A stretch of 63,214 nt of DNA, counting the filler, from Chiloscyllium plagiosum (lineage: Eukaryota), in the NCBI RefSeq assembly GCF_004010195.1. It is 4 parts of one record of this genome, joined end to end, with 100 filler letters (N's around TTAATTAATTAA, not from the genome) between each part and the next. Parts side by side here need not be neighbours in the genome. Positions count along the whole stretch, not along the records: positions 47,576 to 60,759 come from NC_057716.1; positions 60,860 to 63,214 come from NC_057716.1; 2 more parts are not named here. One strand, given 5' to 3'. A program made the translations under genes and the position numbers. Below the pieces are notes generated by a model, which saw only the letters and a program-made list of their open reading frames with translations, was not told the DNA's origin and made no database searches. Positions 49,581-62,339 of the stretch are shown piece by piece (the stretch's first letter is position 1; every line of letters begins with the position of its first letter).

Positions 49581-51479
49581 AGACTAGGTCAGATTGGGAT
49601 ATCTGGTCGGCATGGATGAGTTGGACCAAAGGGTCTGTCTGTTTCCATGCTGTATTTTTGACTCTGTGACCAAAAATAACTTGGTTCAGATTAAGTGTAA
49701 AATAATTGACATGGTCTCCCTCTGCTGGCAAGGTCGACAGTCACAGTAAAGAATCTGGAATTAAGAGTCTGGGTAAAGTCACCATGCTGGACCGGGGGTT
49801 GCTAACTCATTAGAGAGAGACAACGGATAGTGGTTTAATCTGAAGGTCACAGGTGAGGGGAGAGGTCGAGAAGGAGACTCCTTCATGATAATCTCAGCTG
49901 GAGCAGGGATTGAACTCATGCTGTTGGTGTCATTCTGCATCACAAACCAGTCATCAAGCAACAGACCTCCACTCAGAATCTAACGGTGACCATGAAACTG
50001 TAGACCATGAGAAATAGGAACAGGAGCAGGCTGTTCAGCCCCTTGAGCCTGTTCCGTCATTCAATTGGATCTGACAATCCCCACATCCATTTTCCTGCCT
50101 TTTCTCTGTTCCCCAACTGATCAAGAATTTATCGATCTCAGTTTTAATTTTACACAAGGACTCTGAAACCAATGTCAATTGTTATTAAAAACCCATCTGA
50201 TTGAGTAATGTCTTTTCGGGGAGGACACTGCCATCCTTACCTGGTCTACATGTGACTCCAGACCCACAGCAATGGGGTTGACTCTTAACTGTCCTCAGGG
50301 CAATTAGGGATGGACAATAAATACTGGTCTAGCCAGTGACATCCTCATCCCATGAATAAATATTTTTTAAAAAGTCCCTGACTACATTTGATCCCTCCGT
50401 AACCAATGGCAACTTTAGTTTTAACAGCATCACTGAAGGCAGCATTGGAGGAGGACCTCATTTCTCTTGGAGGGTGAGAGAAAGAGGCAGCTGTAGATAA
50501 CCTAGGGGACCCTCAGAAGCCTGGTCCCAGTGGCCACCTGGTTCCCGCAGACCAGCCCACTGACCCCCTAAAGGATGCCATCCATGACATATGAGATGAG
50601 GATCACATTGTCTATAAACTCCAATGCAGCCCCAGCAGTCTGATTGCGGATGAAGGTTGGGTCAATCATATGGGGATGGGTAGGGGGAGCAGAATTTAGG
50701 ATGTGGGGGTGAGAATGTCACAGGTCAGTCGTGAGGCTGAAGGGGCCATAGCTGGGGAAGGTTCTACTGCATTGTGACTGGTTCAGATCAGTTAAAGGAT
50801 GAACTGGACACTCACCAACTGAGAGAGACATGACATTGGTGAAGTCTTCAGCAGATTACTCAGATATCGCCAGCTGAAAGCACCAATATGAATGAGAGCC
50901 ACTTCCTATCAGGGTGCGCTGCCCTTACAATCTAAATATGAACTCTGAATCTTGAATGTGAGTCAGACAAAGGTAAAGCTTTGTTTGAATTGTTTATTCC
51001 ATGATACCCCCCAGCAATAATAAATACTTTCCCCTCATCACCACAAGAAAACGTCACCACAAACCTCTTTTAACAAATATTCAAAGCAACGTGATAAGTA
51101 CAGGACACAAGAAAGCACAGAAACAATTGCCATAAAGTGGTAACTACACTTTTCAAAAATGAATATTGAACCCAGCTCTTATAGAGATAGGAGAGAGGGG
51201 TGGGGAGGGGGTCCTACAGTTTGAGGAGCATGGGGGAGAGAGTGCGTGAGACAGAGGACATGGGGAGAGAGTGAATGGGACGGCATGAGGACAGTGTGGG
51301 ATTGGGAGCGGGGGAGAGAGTGGGTCGGTAGGAGTGAGGGAGAGTGGTCCAGGGGCAAGGGTGTAAATGTCTGTGATGCTGTACTTGGGGATTTGGATGG
51401 ACAGGGGCAGGGTACAGAGAACTAAGCAAAGTCAGACAAAATAAACAGGTAAGAAGTGTTATAATGGTGAGTGGTTAGC

Positions 51480-51719
51480 AATGCATTACCCTAAATAGAG
51501 TTTATTCAATATACAATCTTTACTTCAAAGATAATTAAAACTCAGATCTGAACGAGAGAAAGATTCAGTTTGTTGTCTTGCTGTTTCTCTGCTGGCGATG
51601 ATGTGGAGGGTGGGCCTTCACATGTGAACTGTCAGTGATAGGCTCTTCGATCAGAGAGAAATTGATTCTCATTTCCATCCCTTCCAAACCATCCACAGAA
51701 ACCGAATGATCTTAAGTCA
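51480..51719 (-). CDS. Candidate terminal exon (last codons + 3' UTR) of the type II keratin
   Basis: Acceptor TTGTATCTTTTTCAG|TG ACT TAA (stop 51712-51714 if phase 1); AATAAA at 51501-51506, second AATAAA at 50993-50998 (minus strand). Confidence 0.45.
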
Positions 51720-53771
51720 CTGAAAAAGATACAACAGTATTTTTCTGATTGAGAGGAGCTCAGTTTGACACAGTGTCCAGTCACATCACCAGATACAAGA
51801 TCCATGACTGCTCACTGTTCAGTCTATCTCTTGTCTGACAGAAACACTACCCTGAGTCGGACTAGCGCTAACACAATACCAACTCTGTCCAAACCCACAT
51901 TTCCCATTGAGAATCCTCACAGGAAGGGGGTGACTGGACTCGGAGGTTTATCTTTTATTCATTTGTGGGACATGGGTGTGACTGGTTGGGCCCAGCATTT
52001 ATTGCCCGTCCCTAGTTGCCCCTTGAGAAGGTGGTGGTGAGCTGCCTTCTTGAACCGCTGCAGTCCACATGCTGGGAATACAGAGTTTTACTACCCACAG
52101 CAGTGGCTTCCCTCTGAGTGTGTGGTGAACTAATTAATAAAGATTCATTGTAAAGATTTGTCCCACAATTGCATTGTTGTTGTATAATGGGGCCTCAGCT
52201 GATGGGATGGAGTACAGTCAACCTCACTTAGTAACAGTATTCTATGTATATGAACATGTGAATTCAGGCTTGTTTCATGGGACATTGCGTCACATTAAGA
52301 TTAGTTCTTTAGTTTGTTTTTTAATTATGTTCTTTCAAGGGATGTGGTCATCACTGGCCAGACCAGCATCTGGCCAACTTCAGGCTTGGCTGTATTTGAT
52401 GACCCATCCTCAATGGCTTTCTGGAGGATGGAATTCCAAGGAGAATGACCCCCTGAGAAAAAGAAATCTCTCTCCTGATCATCATCTTAAAATGGGAGAA
52501 CCCTTTTTACTTACACTGTGCCCCTTATTTCGTGAATCCTCCATGAGGGGAAACATCCTCTCAGCATCCATCCTGTCAAACCCCCTCAGTACCTTATCCA
52601 AGATCACCTTTCATTTCTTTAAACTGAGTTGTTACATTAATAAGAAATCTTCCCTGATCCTTTAGCTCTCCAGCCCAACCCTAATCATTGTGGAGACACA
52701 AATCACTGAATGGACTCAAACCCATGGAATCTGCTCAGGATTGGAATAACCGAGGGGCTGTACTGCTCTCCTCCCACCGCTCTGGGGTCCTTCGGCCCAG
52801 CACTTTCTCATCAGGGTCTTCTCCCATTGTGAGATTAAAAACACACAGAAATGTCTTTAGAATGTTGTGGAATGTCACAGGAATAGGCCATTTGGGCTAT
52901 CTGCACCATCATCTCCTCATCTCCCCCGTCACCCTATCCTTTTACAGTATTCCTTTCTCTAGCTTCCCTCTTAAATATAATCAACACTATTCACCTCGAT
53001 CACTCCCTGTGGAAGCAAGACCCCATTTTTGGATAAGGGTGTTTGTCCTGAATTCCCATGAGATTTATTAACGTCGGTCTGGTCTCTCACGAAGGGAAAC
53101 ATCTTCCCTATGTCTACCTAACCAAGACTGTTTCAGGTCACCCTCAGCTTTCACTTTTCCAGAGGGGAAAACAGCCCTAGGCGGTTTATTTTTTTTCATT
53201 GGAGATAGAAGGAGATTGGCACTAGGTAATGATATTCACTTAACCAAATGGTGCACTTCCGTGATCTTTTGTGATCATCCTAACCTCAATTCTGATATTC
53301 TGCTTGTTAATCTTATTACACGTTCACCTCTATATCCCTTTTACAGCAAGCATTGCAAAAAACACAGAAATATCTTAAGAATAATATGGAATATTATATA
53401 AATAGGTCATTTGGCCCATCTATGCTGTGGTAGTTCTGAACTACATGAACCACCTGTCACCTTCTCATTTCCCTTCCGTTACACTTCCCTTTTAAAGTAT
53501 TCCTTTCTCCCTGGTGACTTTATCTGGCTTTTCCCTTCAATGTGTTGATACCAATCACCTTCCCATCGCTTTCTTTTAAAGAAAGGACTGGGATCTCCGG
53601 TCTCAGAGTCACACAATACAGAAAAGGCCCTTCAGCCCATTTCCTACATGACTGGAAACATTTTCTTTCCATTAAGCCTTTATGAAGTGTTTTGTAATTT
53701 TGAAGACCCTGGGCGGTCACATTCTTTAATTTGATGAATTTGAAAGTTTGAGTAAAATATTCTCCTCTTAC

Positions 53772-53866
53772 TGAATTTTGAATTTTTCCTGACAAATGCT
53801 CCTTTTGGGTTGACCGATGATGAGCTGACCACTCGGGTTATGGTGCCACTGGCTGGAACTCCGTCT
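53772..53866 (-). CDS. Candidate exon 8 (tail) of the type II keratin
   Basis: Acceptor TTCCATTCCAG| and donor |GTAAGA; 95 bp, phase 2 to phase 1 as expected; encodes DGVPASGTITRVVSSSSVNPKGAFVRKNSKF. Confidence 0.5.
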
Positions 53867-54699
53867 CTGGAATGGAATCAATGAAGACAATGACACAACT
53901 GATAGATACTTGGGAATTTCTGACCTGCTATTGGACTGTAACATCGTACCAGGATCATCTGATCTGACTGGTGGGAACTGATCAAAATGAGTGGACAGTG
54001 TGAAATTGATACCACACTAACATTACCTGAGAACCATGAGTCAAAGCATTACAGCACAGAATGAGGCCATTCAGCCTTTTGAGGCCATGCTGACCCTCTG
54101 TAGAACAATCCAGCGAGTCCCATGTCCCCCCTCCAGCCCCCAACAAGTTTAGTTCCTTCAAATGCACAGCCAGTTTCCTTTCAAAACCATACATTGTCTT
54201 CACTTGCAGCTCTCATGTAGGCAGTGAGATCTACTCTTAACTCCTCGCTGTGCCAGAAGCTTCTCTGCAGATTCTCTGCCCCCGGCATCTCTTGCCCAAA
54301 ATATGCCTTGTGTCCCCTGGTCCTTGTACCATCACCAAACGGAAACAGCTTTTCCTGTTGACTTTATAAGAGGAAGTGGTGGAGGCTGGTACAATTGCAA
54401 CATTTAAGAGGCATTTGGATGGGTATATGAATAGGAAGGGTTTGGAGGGATATGGGCCGGGTGCTGGCAGGCGGGACTAGATTGGGTTGGGATATCTGGT
54501 CGTCATGTACGGGTTGGACTGAAGGGTCTGTTTCCATGCTGTACATCTCTAAGACTCTATGATGGCACAATGGCTCAGTGATTAGCACTGCTGCCTCACA
54601 GCACCAGGGACCCAGGTTTGACTCCACCCTCGGACGACTGTTTGTGCGGAGCTTGCACGTTCTCCCCTGTGCCTAGTGACACTATCTACGTGATCCAAG

Positions 54700-55862
54700 A
54701 TATGGACTGAAAGAAATGTGCTCAAAGGAAGCTGGTTGCAACTGTACCAGCCTGAGAGAGAAGCCTGAGTGTGGAGCTAGTGGTGAATCTTCACTGAGGT
54801 ATAGGTGTTCAGAATGATATCGCTGGGACATAAAGAATAGCAGGAACTTGTCATCAAAATTTTCCAACATTTTTGTATAAAGTAATATAATTCATGTTTC
54901 TCTTGCGTTGGATTCTGTGTGCTAAACGTACACTGGCAGAACCTTGTGAATGTGATCAGTAAAAGACCTGTGGCTGGACCCAGTGTCTCTTCTTTTGGGC
55001 TCTCCAAAGTTCCCCTCTCGAGATGCATACGGGAGGAAATTATTCACTATCCTTTCCTTTTGTGCGAGGAAAAACATCTTAGTAAATTGGGTACCTGAAA
55101 GTCCCCCAGGACTTTCAAATTGGCATAGGATAGTTATGGAATGTATCCCCCGTGACTTCCTTACGAATACGGTGCACGATAAAATGGAATTATTTTATAG
55201 GACATGGCAGCCCTTTTTGAACTACATTGACACAGATATATTGGCCATATTGTTTAGGCCTTTGCTTAACTGTGGGAATGGTTTTGGCGGGTTCCGGGGC
55301 TCCAGGGAGGAGGAATACTGTATAAATATGGGTTTTGTTATGGCTTGATATAAATTTATTCTGAATGTGTATCTAGTTATTTATTTACTTATTTATTTTC
55401 TTTTCTCCTTTCTTTGTTTATTGTTAGTAATGTATGATATCCTATTTTGTGTTTTGGTAGTTTGTATAACAGATTAGTAGCTAGTTTTCTTAATTTTATA
55501 TTGGTGTTGCTTTATTTTTTTTTAGTGAAAGACACAAGGTGCATGAATCTTTATTCAGTTTCCACCACCAGGAAGCAAAGTACCCGAGTGGCCAGTGACA
55601 AGCAGTGCTTTTCACCTCAAAGGGCAATGCTGTGTGATCAAACATTGAAGGGGAGGGCAGGGATTAAATCAAAATATAGAGTTGGAGGGGGAAATAAAGT
55701 ACTCCATTCCCTGCAGCGCCCACCTCTCCCTGAACAGCTTAAGGATATTGGTGGATATTTGATGTTGCTTTATATTGTAAAGTGGAATACACTATTTTGA
55801 GCTAATTTTGCAAAAAAATCTCAAAAAGCTTTTCTTTCAATAAAAATATTTATTAACAAAAA
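54700..55862 (+). mobile_element. L1-clade LINE 3' end in keratin intron 7
   Basis: ARKNILVNW...PP...W...FYRTWQPFLNY C-terminus, T-rich 3' UTR, AATAAA and A-rich tail. Confidence 0.65.
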
Positions 55863-56099
55863 TGACCTCTGGCTTGTAAAATAAAAAGCAAAGTTCAGGT
55901 CCATCAAGAGAGGCTTCACTCTGGAGTTGAACTTGCCCAGTATGAACATCAGCTGTGTTCATGACAACGTGCATGCCCTGTGCTCTGTATTTTTCAACCA
56001 AACCAAAGGAGTGGGTAATTCACCCTCTAAACTCTCCGGAATCTGTTTCAGAAGGTCAGGTCTCCTTTGCCTTAAATGAAGACAAATATTTTGGAGAAA

Positions 56100-56480
56100 T
56101 TCTTGGTATTATTGCTGGACTGTTAATCCAGAGACCCAGTTATGTTCTGGGGACCTGGGATCGAATCCTTCCATGGCAGATGGTGGAGTTTTAATTCAAT
56201 GCAAATGTGCAATTAAAAGTCTAATGTGACCGTGAATCCATTGTCAGAAAACCCCATCTGGGTCACTAATGTTCTTTAGGGAAGGAAACGACCATACTTA
56301 CCTGGTCTGGTAACCTTGTTGACTCCAGGCCCTACATGTGACTCCAGGCCCAGTGTGGTTGACTCAAGGGCCGAATGGTCCACTCCTGCACCTTGACTGC
56401 CCTTTGGGAAAATAGGGGTGGGCAATAAATGCTGCCTAGCCAGCGACACCCTCATCCCGTGAATGAATATAAAAAAACAA
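56100..56480 (+). mobile_element. SINE with L2-like/Deu-type 3' part (related copies ~50170-50370 +, ~59960-60200 -)
   Basis: Shared ...CCTTACCTGGTCT...GGGCAATAAATGCT...CCAGCGAC...CATCCC tail; family assignment tentative. Confidence 0.5.
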
Positions 56481-56668
56481 GGTTACCTGGGTGCTATTTT
56501 TGGAATCTCACCATGGATCTGTTAGTTACAGCTTTTTCTACATTGCAACTGTTAGTAAGATCATTCAGAGTTTGTCATTAGCTGGAAAGTGCTCTGAATT
56601 GCCCTGGATCTTGTGAAGGGTGTGAGAGAAATGGGAGTTCTTTGTGGGGATAGTTGTCTTGTACTCAC

Positions 56669-56889
56669 CTTTCCTCCTCTCCATCCAGGAGCTTTTTATA
56701 GGTGGCAATCTCCATGTCCAGCGCCAGGTTGGCGTTAAGTAATTCTTGGTGCTCACGCATCTGTTCGGCCATATCCGTCTTAATCTTACGCAGAGCTTCC
56801 TGCAGCTGCTGGATATGCTGCTTGGCCTCATTGATGGCAATCTGCCCACGTTCGTCTGTATCCCTGATGTTAGACTCCAGGGAGGCACG
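56669..56889 (-). CDS. Type II keratin exon 7 (coil 2B, helix termination motif)
   Basis: 221 bp, CAG|...AG|GTGAGT; RASLESNIRDTDERGQIAINEAKQHIQQLQEALRKIKTDMAEQMREHQELLNANLALDMEIATYKKLLDGEEER, aligning with K8 RASLE...EIATYRKLLEGEESR. Confidence 0.95.
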
Positions 56890-57552
56890 CTGTGTGACAG
56901 CAACATATTAGTCAGAATGCTAATACCAACCACAGGACCGGAGTCCCCAGGCAGCAGAGATGAATCTCCTGCAGTGAGGAAATTAAAAGCCATAGACTCT
57001 TGCAGTACAGCAAGAGGCCATTCTCTCTAGTCTGCTGGTTTGTTTGCAAGAGGCGCCTGATGAGTTCCACCCTCACATCTCCACCCAACTCACTCTTCAA
57101 CTCCATGCCTGGCAACATTTTTCTATGTTATTAACATATCAGAAAAATCCCCTCCCACCCCCTCGCCAATCATTCCTCTGAATCATTTCACATATTCTTC
57201 AAAATATTGAGAATATTCTCAAAGTCTGGATGTTTTAGCCAATAGTTAAATCATCCTCTAATCATGTGAGGAAGGGCTTGTGCACTGTCCAATCAATCAG
57301 TAGAAGTTGGGTACCAGGAGGATTGAGGGACCCAATAGCAGAGTGAGTGGGATGGAGCATCATGGAAGGACACCATTCGGATTCTCTCGGATCAGAGAAG
57401 CTAAACCCCAGTATCCGGCAACATCCCACAACAACTGCTGATCTACTGGAGCTAGTTTCACAGATCCTGACTCAAATGAAATCATAAGTTAAGTGACTTC
57501 AAGAATCAGATTCAAGCTTCTAGATTTAAACTAAAACAATAGAACTAAAACA

Positions 57553-59015
57553 ATGTTTTCCCTAGAGCATTGGAGGCTGAGGGGTGACCTTATAGAGGTT
57601 TACAAAATTATGAGGAGAATTGATAGGGTAAATAGGCAAAGTCTTTTCCCTGGGGTGGGGGAGTCCAGAACTAGAGGGCAGGGGTTTAGGTTGAGAGGGG
57701 AGAGATATAAAAGAGACCTACGGGGCAACTTTTTCACACAGAGGGTGGTACATGTATGGAATAGCGTGGTGGTGGAGGGTTTTTTTTACAGACTGGAGGC
57801 CTGTGACCAGTGGAGTGCCACAAGCATAAGAGGTACAGTTAGTAAGTTTGCAGATGACACCAAAATTGGAGGTGTAGTGGACAGCGAAGAGGGTTACCTC
57901 AGATTACAACAGGATCTGGACCAGATGGGCCAATGGGCTGAGAAGTGGCAGATGGAGTTTAATTCAGATAAATGTGAGGTACTGCATTTTGGGAAAGCAA
58001 ATCTTAGCAGGACTTTACACTTAATGGTAAGATCCTAGGGAGTGTTGCTGAACAAAGGGACCTTGAAGTGCAGGTTCATAGCTCCTTGAAAGTGGAGTCG
58101 CAGGTAGATTATTGGTCAGAGTATTAAGTACAGGAGTTGGGAGGTCATGTTGCAGCTGAAGAGGACATTTGTTAGGCCACTGTTAGAAAATTGCATGCAA
58201 TTCTGGTCTCCTTCATATCGGAAAAATGTTGTGAAACCTGAAAGGGTTCAGAAAAAATTTACAAGGATGTTGCCAGGGTTGGAGGATTTGAACTATAGGG
58301 AGATGCTGAACAGGCTGGGGCTGTTTTCCCTGGTGCGTCAGAGGCTGAGAGGTGACCTTATAGAGATTTACAAAATTATGAGGGGCATGGATAGGGTAAA
58401 TAGGCAACCTCGTGAGAGGTTGAGAGGGGAAAGATATAAAAGAGACCTAAGGGGCAACTTTTTCACATGTGCATGTTGTGAGCTGCCAGAGGAAGTGGTG
58501 GAGGCTCGTACAATTGCAACATTTTAGATTAGATTAGATTAGATTACATTACATTACAGTGTGGAAACAGGCCCTTCGGCCCAACAAGTCCACACCGACC
58601 CGCCGAAGCTCAACCCACCCATACCCCTACATTTACCCACATTTACCCCTTACTTACCTAACACTGCAGGCAATTTAGCATGGCCAATTCACCTGACCTG
58701 CACATCTTTAGACTGTGGGAGGAAACCGGAGCACCCGGAGGAAACCCACGCAGACATGGGGAGAATGTACAAACTCCACACAGTCAGTCGCCTGAGGCGG
58801 GAATTGAACCCGGGTCTCTGGCACTGTGAGGCAGCAGTGCTAACCACTGTGCCACCGTGACATCTGGATGGGTATATGAATAGGAAGGGTTTGGAGGGAT
58901 ATGGGCCACGTGCTGGCAGGTGGGACTAGATTGGGTTGGGATATCTGGTTGGGATGGAGGGGTTGGACAGAAGGGTCTGTTTCCGTGCTGTACATCGCTA
59001 TTGCTCTATGACTCT
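57553..59015 (+). mobile_element. CR1 fragments with HE1 SINE (~58525-58860, -)
   Basis: RLRGDLIEVYK, SKFADDTK, RGNFFTQRVV. Confidence 0.88.
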
Positions 59016-59081
59016 CATTCTAATACATGAGAATATTTAGGGAACACATCCACACATAAAATATTATGATAATGAAGTTCA

Positions 59082-59415
59082 GGGTTAGCTACAGAGTAAA
59101 GCTCCCCTAATGCTGAAATAAACTGAAAATAAACCTTTTTCAATTTGAAAGTGAAGCCATCTTGAAATTGTCCCCATCAAATACTCCCAGGACAGGGTCA
59201 GCGTGGCATTCGATACAGAGTAAAGCTCCCCCTGCACAGTTCCCATTGCATACTCCCAGGAGAGGGTCAGCATGGACTTAGATACAAAGTAAAGCTCCTT
59301 CTGCATTGTCCTCATCAAACACTCCCAGGACAGGGACAGCACAGGGTTAGATACAGAGTAAAGCTCCCTCTGCACTGTCTCCCATCAAACATTCCCAGGA
59401 CAGGCACAGCACGGA
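59082..59415. repeat. 69-bp minisatellite (~4 units)
   Basis: GATACA(G/A)AGTAAAGCTCC recurs at 59212, 59281 and 59350, with a partial copy at ~59090. Confidence 0.85.
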
Positions 59416-59563
59416 TATTTTTGACAGTTACTGATTATCCAGGCTACACTGTACCCAGTTTCAGTTCGACACCTCTGGTTGCAATGTTGTGTTAATACTA
59501 TAGTTCTGACCCACCTTTGGCTATTGAATGGATTGGATTCTGGTCGGTGAATTTAATTCATAC

Positions 59564-59689
59564 CTGGTTCTGAAGCCCATCAATGTCTGACTTCAGCTTT
59601 TGCAGATAACGAGAGCAATTGGCAAACTCGTTCTTTGCATCTCTGAGGTCGTTGTTCTGTCTCGCCTTATCATTCTCCAGATCTGATAG
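59564..59689 (-). CDS. Type II keratin exon 6 (coil 2)
   Basis: 126 bp, phase 0/0, TTCACAG|...CAG|GTATGA; LSDLENDKARQNNDLRDAKNEFANCSRYLQKLKSDIDGLQNQ, in frame with exon 7. Confidence 0.9.
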
Positions 59690-60206
59690 CTGTGAACAAA
59701 CAGATTTACCATCAGAACACTTGGTTTGCCAGCCTGATAAGATTAGAATTTCTCACTGGGAACAGGGTTAGTGACAGACTCTAAATGTATTATTAGAAAA
59801 ACTGAGAGTGAACACACTGAGAATGATATGTTCTCAGAGTCTGAGAGATCACATTTTATTGATGGTAGTGTGTTTGAGGATGTTCATAATTTTAAGTTCT
59901 CTTGCAGGATGTAGGAAACATTGGCGAGGCCAGCAGATATTGTCCATTCCTAATTTTTAAAAAAATGTCTCCGTGGGATGTGAGTGTCTCTGGCTCAGGC
60001 AGCATTTATTGCCCATCCCTAATTACCCAGAGGGCAGTTAAGAGTCAACCCCATTGCTGTGGGTCTGGAGTCACGTGTAGGCCAGACCAGGTAAGGATGG
60101 CAGCTTCCTTCCCTAAAGGGCATTAGTGACCCAGATGGGTTTTTCTGACAATCAGCAGTGATTTCATGGTCATCATTAGACTCCTAATTCCAGATATTTA
60201 TGGAAT

Positions 60207-60521
60207 TTAGATTAGATTCCCTACAGTGTGGAAACAGGCCCTTCAGCCCAACAAGTCCACACTGACTCTCCAAAGAGAAACCCACCCAGACCCTCCTCCC
60301 TCTGACTAATGCACCTAACACTAGGGGCAATTTAGCATGGCCAATTCACCTGGCCTGCACATCTTTGGACTGTGGGAGGAAACTGGAGCACCCGGAGGAA
60401 ACCCACGCAACACGGGGAGAACGTGCAAAATCCACACAGTCAGTCGCCTGAGGCTGGAATCAAACCTGGGTCACTGGTGCTGTGAGGCAGCAGTGCTAAC
60501 CACTGAGCCACCATGCCACCC
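60207..60521 (-). mobile_element. HE1-type V-SINE
   Basis: Reverse-complement consensus. Confidence 0.85.
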
Positions 60522-60599
60522 AATTTAAATTCCACCATCTGTTTTGATGAGACTCAAACCCAGGTCTCCAAAACATTATCTGGGTCCCTGGATTAATAC

Positions 60600-61935
60600 T
60601 GAAAATGTGTTGCTGGAAAAGCGCAGCAGGTCAGGCAGCATCCAGGGAACAGGAGAATCGACGTTTCGGGCATTAGCCCTTCTTCAGGAATGAGGAAAGT
60701 TTGTCCAGCAGGCTAAGATAAAAGGTAGGGAGGAGGGACTTGGGGGAGTGGCATCGGAANNNNNNNNNNNNNNNNNNNNNNNNNNNNNNNNNNNNNNNNN
60801 NNNTTAATTAATTAANNNNNNNNNNNNNNNNNNNNNNNNNNNNNNNNNNNNNNNNNNNNAGGATTGGAAAGAGAAGTTGTTCAGGGTGAGGACCAGTTCA
60901 GTCAGTCGAAGGAGGGTCTCAGTGGAAGGGTACTGGTCGGTACGGCGGGAAAGAAAGAAGCGGAGTGCTTTGAGTCCTTCGTGATGGGGGATGGAGGTGT
61001 ACAGGGACTGGATATCCATGGTGAATATAAGGCGCTGGGGACCGGGGAAGCGAAAATCATGGAGCAGGTGGAGGGCATGGGTGTTGTTCCGAACGTAGGT
61101 GGGGAGTTCTTTGACTAAGGGGGACAGGACGGTGTCAAGGTATGCGGAGATGAGTTCGGTGGGGCAGGAGCAGGCGGAGACACTGGTTCGGCCGGGGCAG
61201 TCAGGTTTGTGGATTTTGGGCAGGAGGTAGAAGCGGGCGGTGCGGGGTTGTGGGACTATGAGGTTGGAGGCGGTGGATGGGAGGTCCCCCGAGATGATGA
61301 GGTTATGGACGGTCTGGGAGATGATCGTTTGGTGGTGGGGGGTGGGGTCATGGTCAAGGAGGCAGTAGGAGGAGGTATCTGCGAGCTGGCGTTTGACCTC
61401 GGCGGTGTAGAGGTCGGTGCGCCAAACTACTGCCGCGCCTCCCTTGTCTGCTGGTTTGATAGTGAGGTTGGGGTTGGAACGGAGGGAGTGGAGGGCTGCA
61501 CGTTCCGAGGGTGAGAGGTTGGAGTGGGTGAGAGGGGTGGGGGAGTTCAGGTTGCAGTTAATATCGCGGCGGCAGTTGGCTATGAAGAGGTCGAGGGCAG
61601 GTAGGAGGCCAGCACGGGGTGTCCAGGTGGATGGGCTGTGTTGGAGGCGGGAGAAGGGGTCGTCAGAGGGTGGGCGAGAGTCTTGGTTAAAGAAGTAGGC
61701 ACGGAGGCGAAGGCGGCGGCAGAATTGTTCGATGTCACGCCACGTGTTGAACGCATTAATCCGAGAGTGCAGGGGAATGAAGGTGAGGCCTCTGCTGAAG
61801 ACTGATCTTTCATCCTCAGAGAGGGGTAGTTCTGGATGGATAGTGAAAACACGGCAGGGCTGGGAGCTAGGACCTGGTGTGGGGCTGGAGCTGGGTGTGG
61901 GGGCGTGTGGGGCTGGAGCTGGGTGTGGGGGCGGT
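60600..61935 (-). mobile_element. Penelope-like element (family A) with gap 60760-60859; intact hammerhead at 60660-60687
   Basis: [30 protein letters not shown]; reverse complement CTGAAGA-A-GGGC-TAAT-GCCC-GAAAC-GTC. Confidence 0.9.
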
Positions 61936-62339
61936 ATCTGCTAATGTAGTCAACTCAGCCACATTAGGGAGATTTAAACAATCCTTAGATAAGCACATGA
62001 ATGATGATGGGATAGTGTAGGAGGACGAGCTGAGAATAGTTCACAGGTCGGCGCAACATCGAGGGCCAAAGGGCCTGTTCTGCGTTGTATTGTTCTATGT
62101 TCTAAACCTGTATGGGGGAGCAGCTAACTGGCCACTTTTTCCGAAGCATAACCATCCTTTTTTTTTCCTAAATCTACAATAGTGAGCAGAGTGGTTTCTT
62201 TTGATTATATATTTCATTGAAATCTGACTCTTGATTAAACTTTAAAAATATAAAACATTGGTACTAAGTTATCCAGGAGGAATGTTTTTAGAGCAAGTAA
62301 GACTGCTATTGTGGGTCTGTAGATTGTTACGGTGCAAAG

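Noticed and set aside
50816..50873. Minus-strand micro-exon with GTGAGT donor
   Set aside because: No recognisable product or partner exon; possibly an old transposon remnant.
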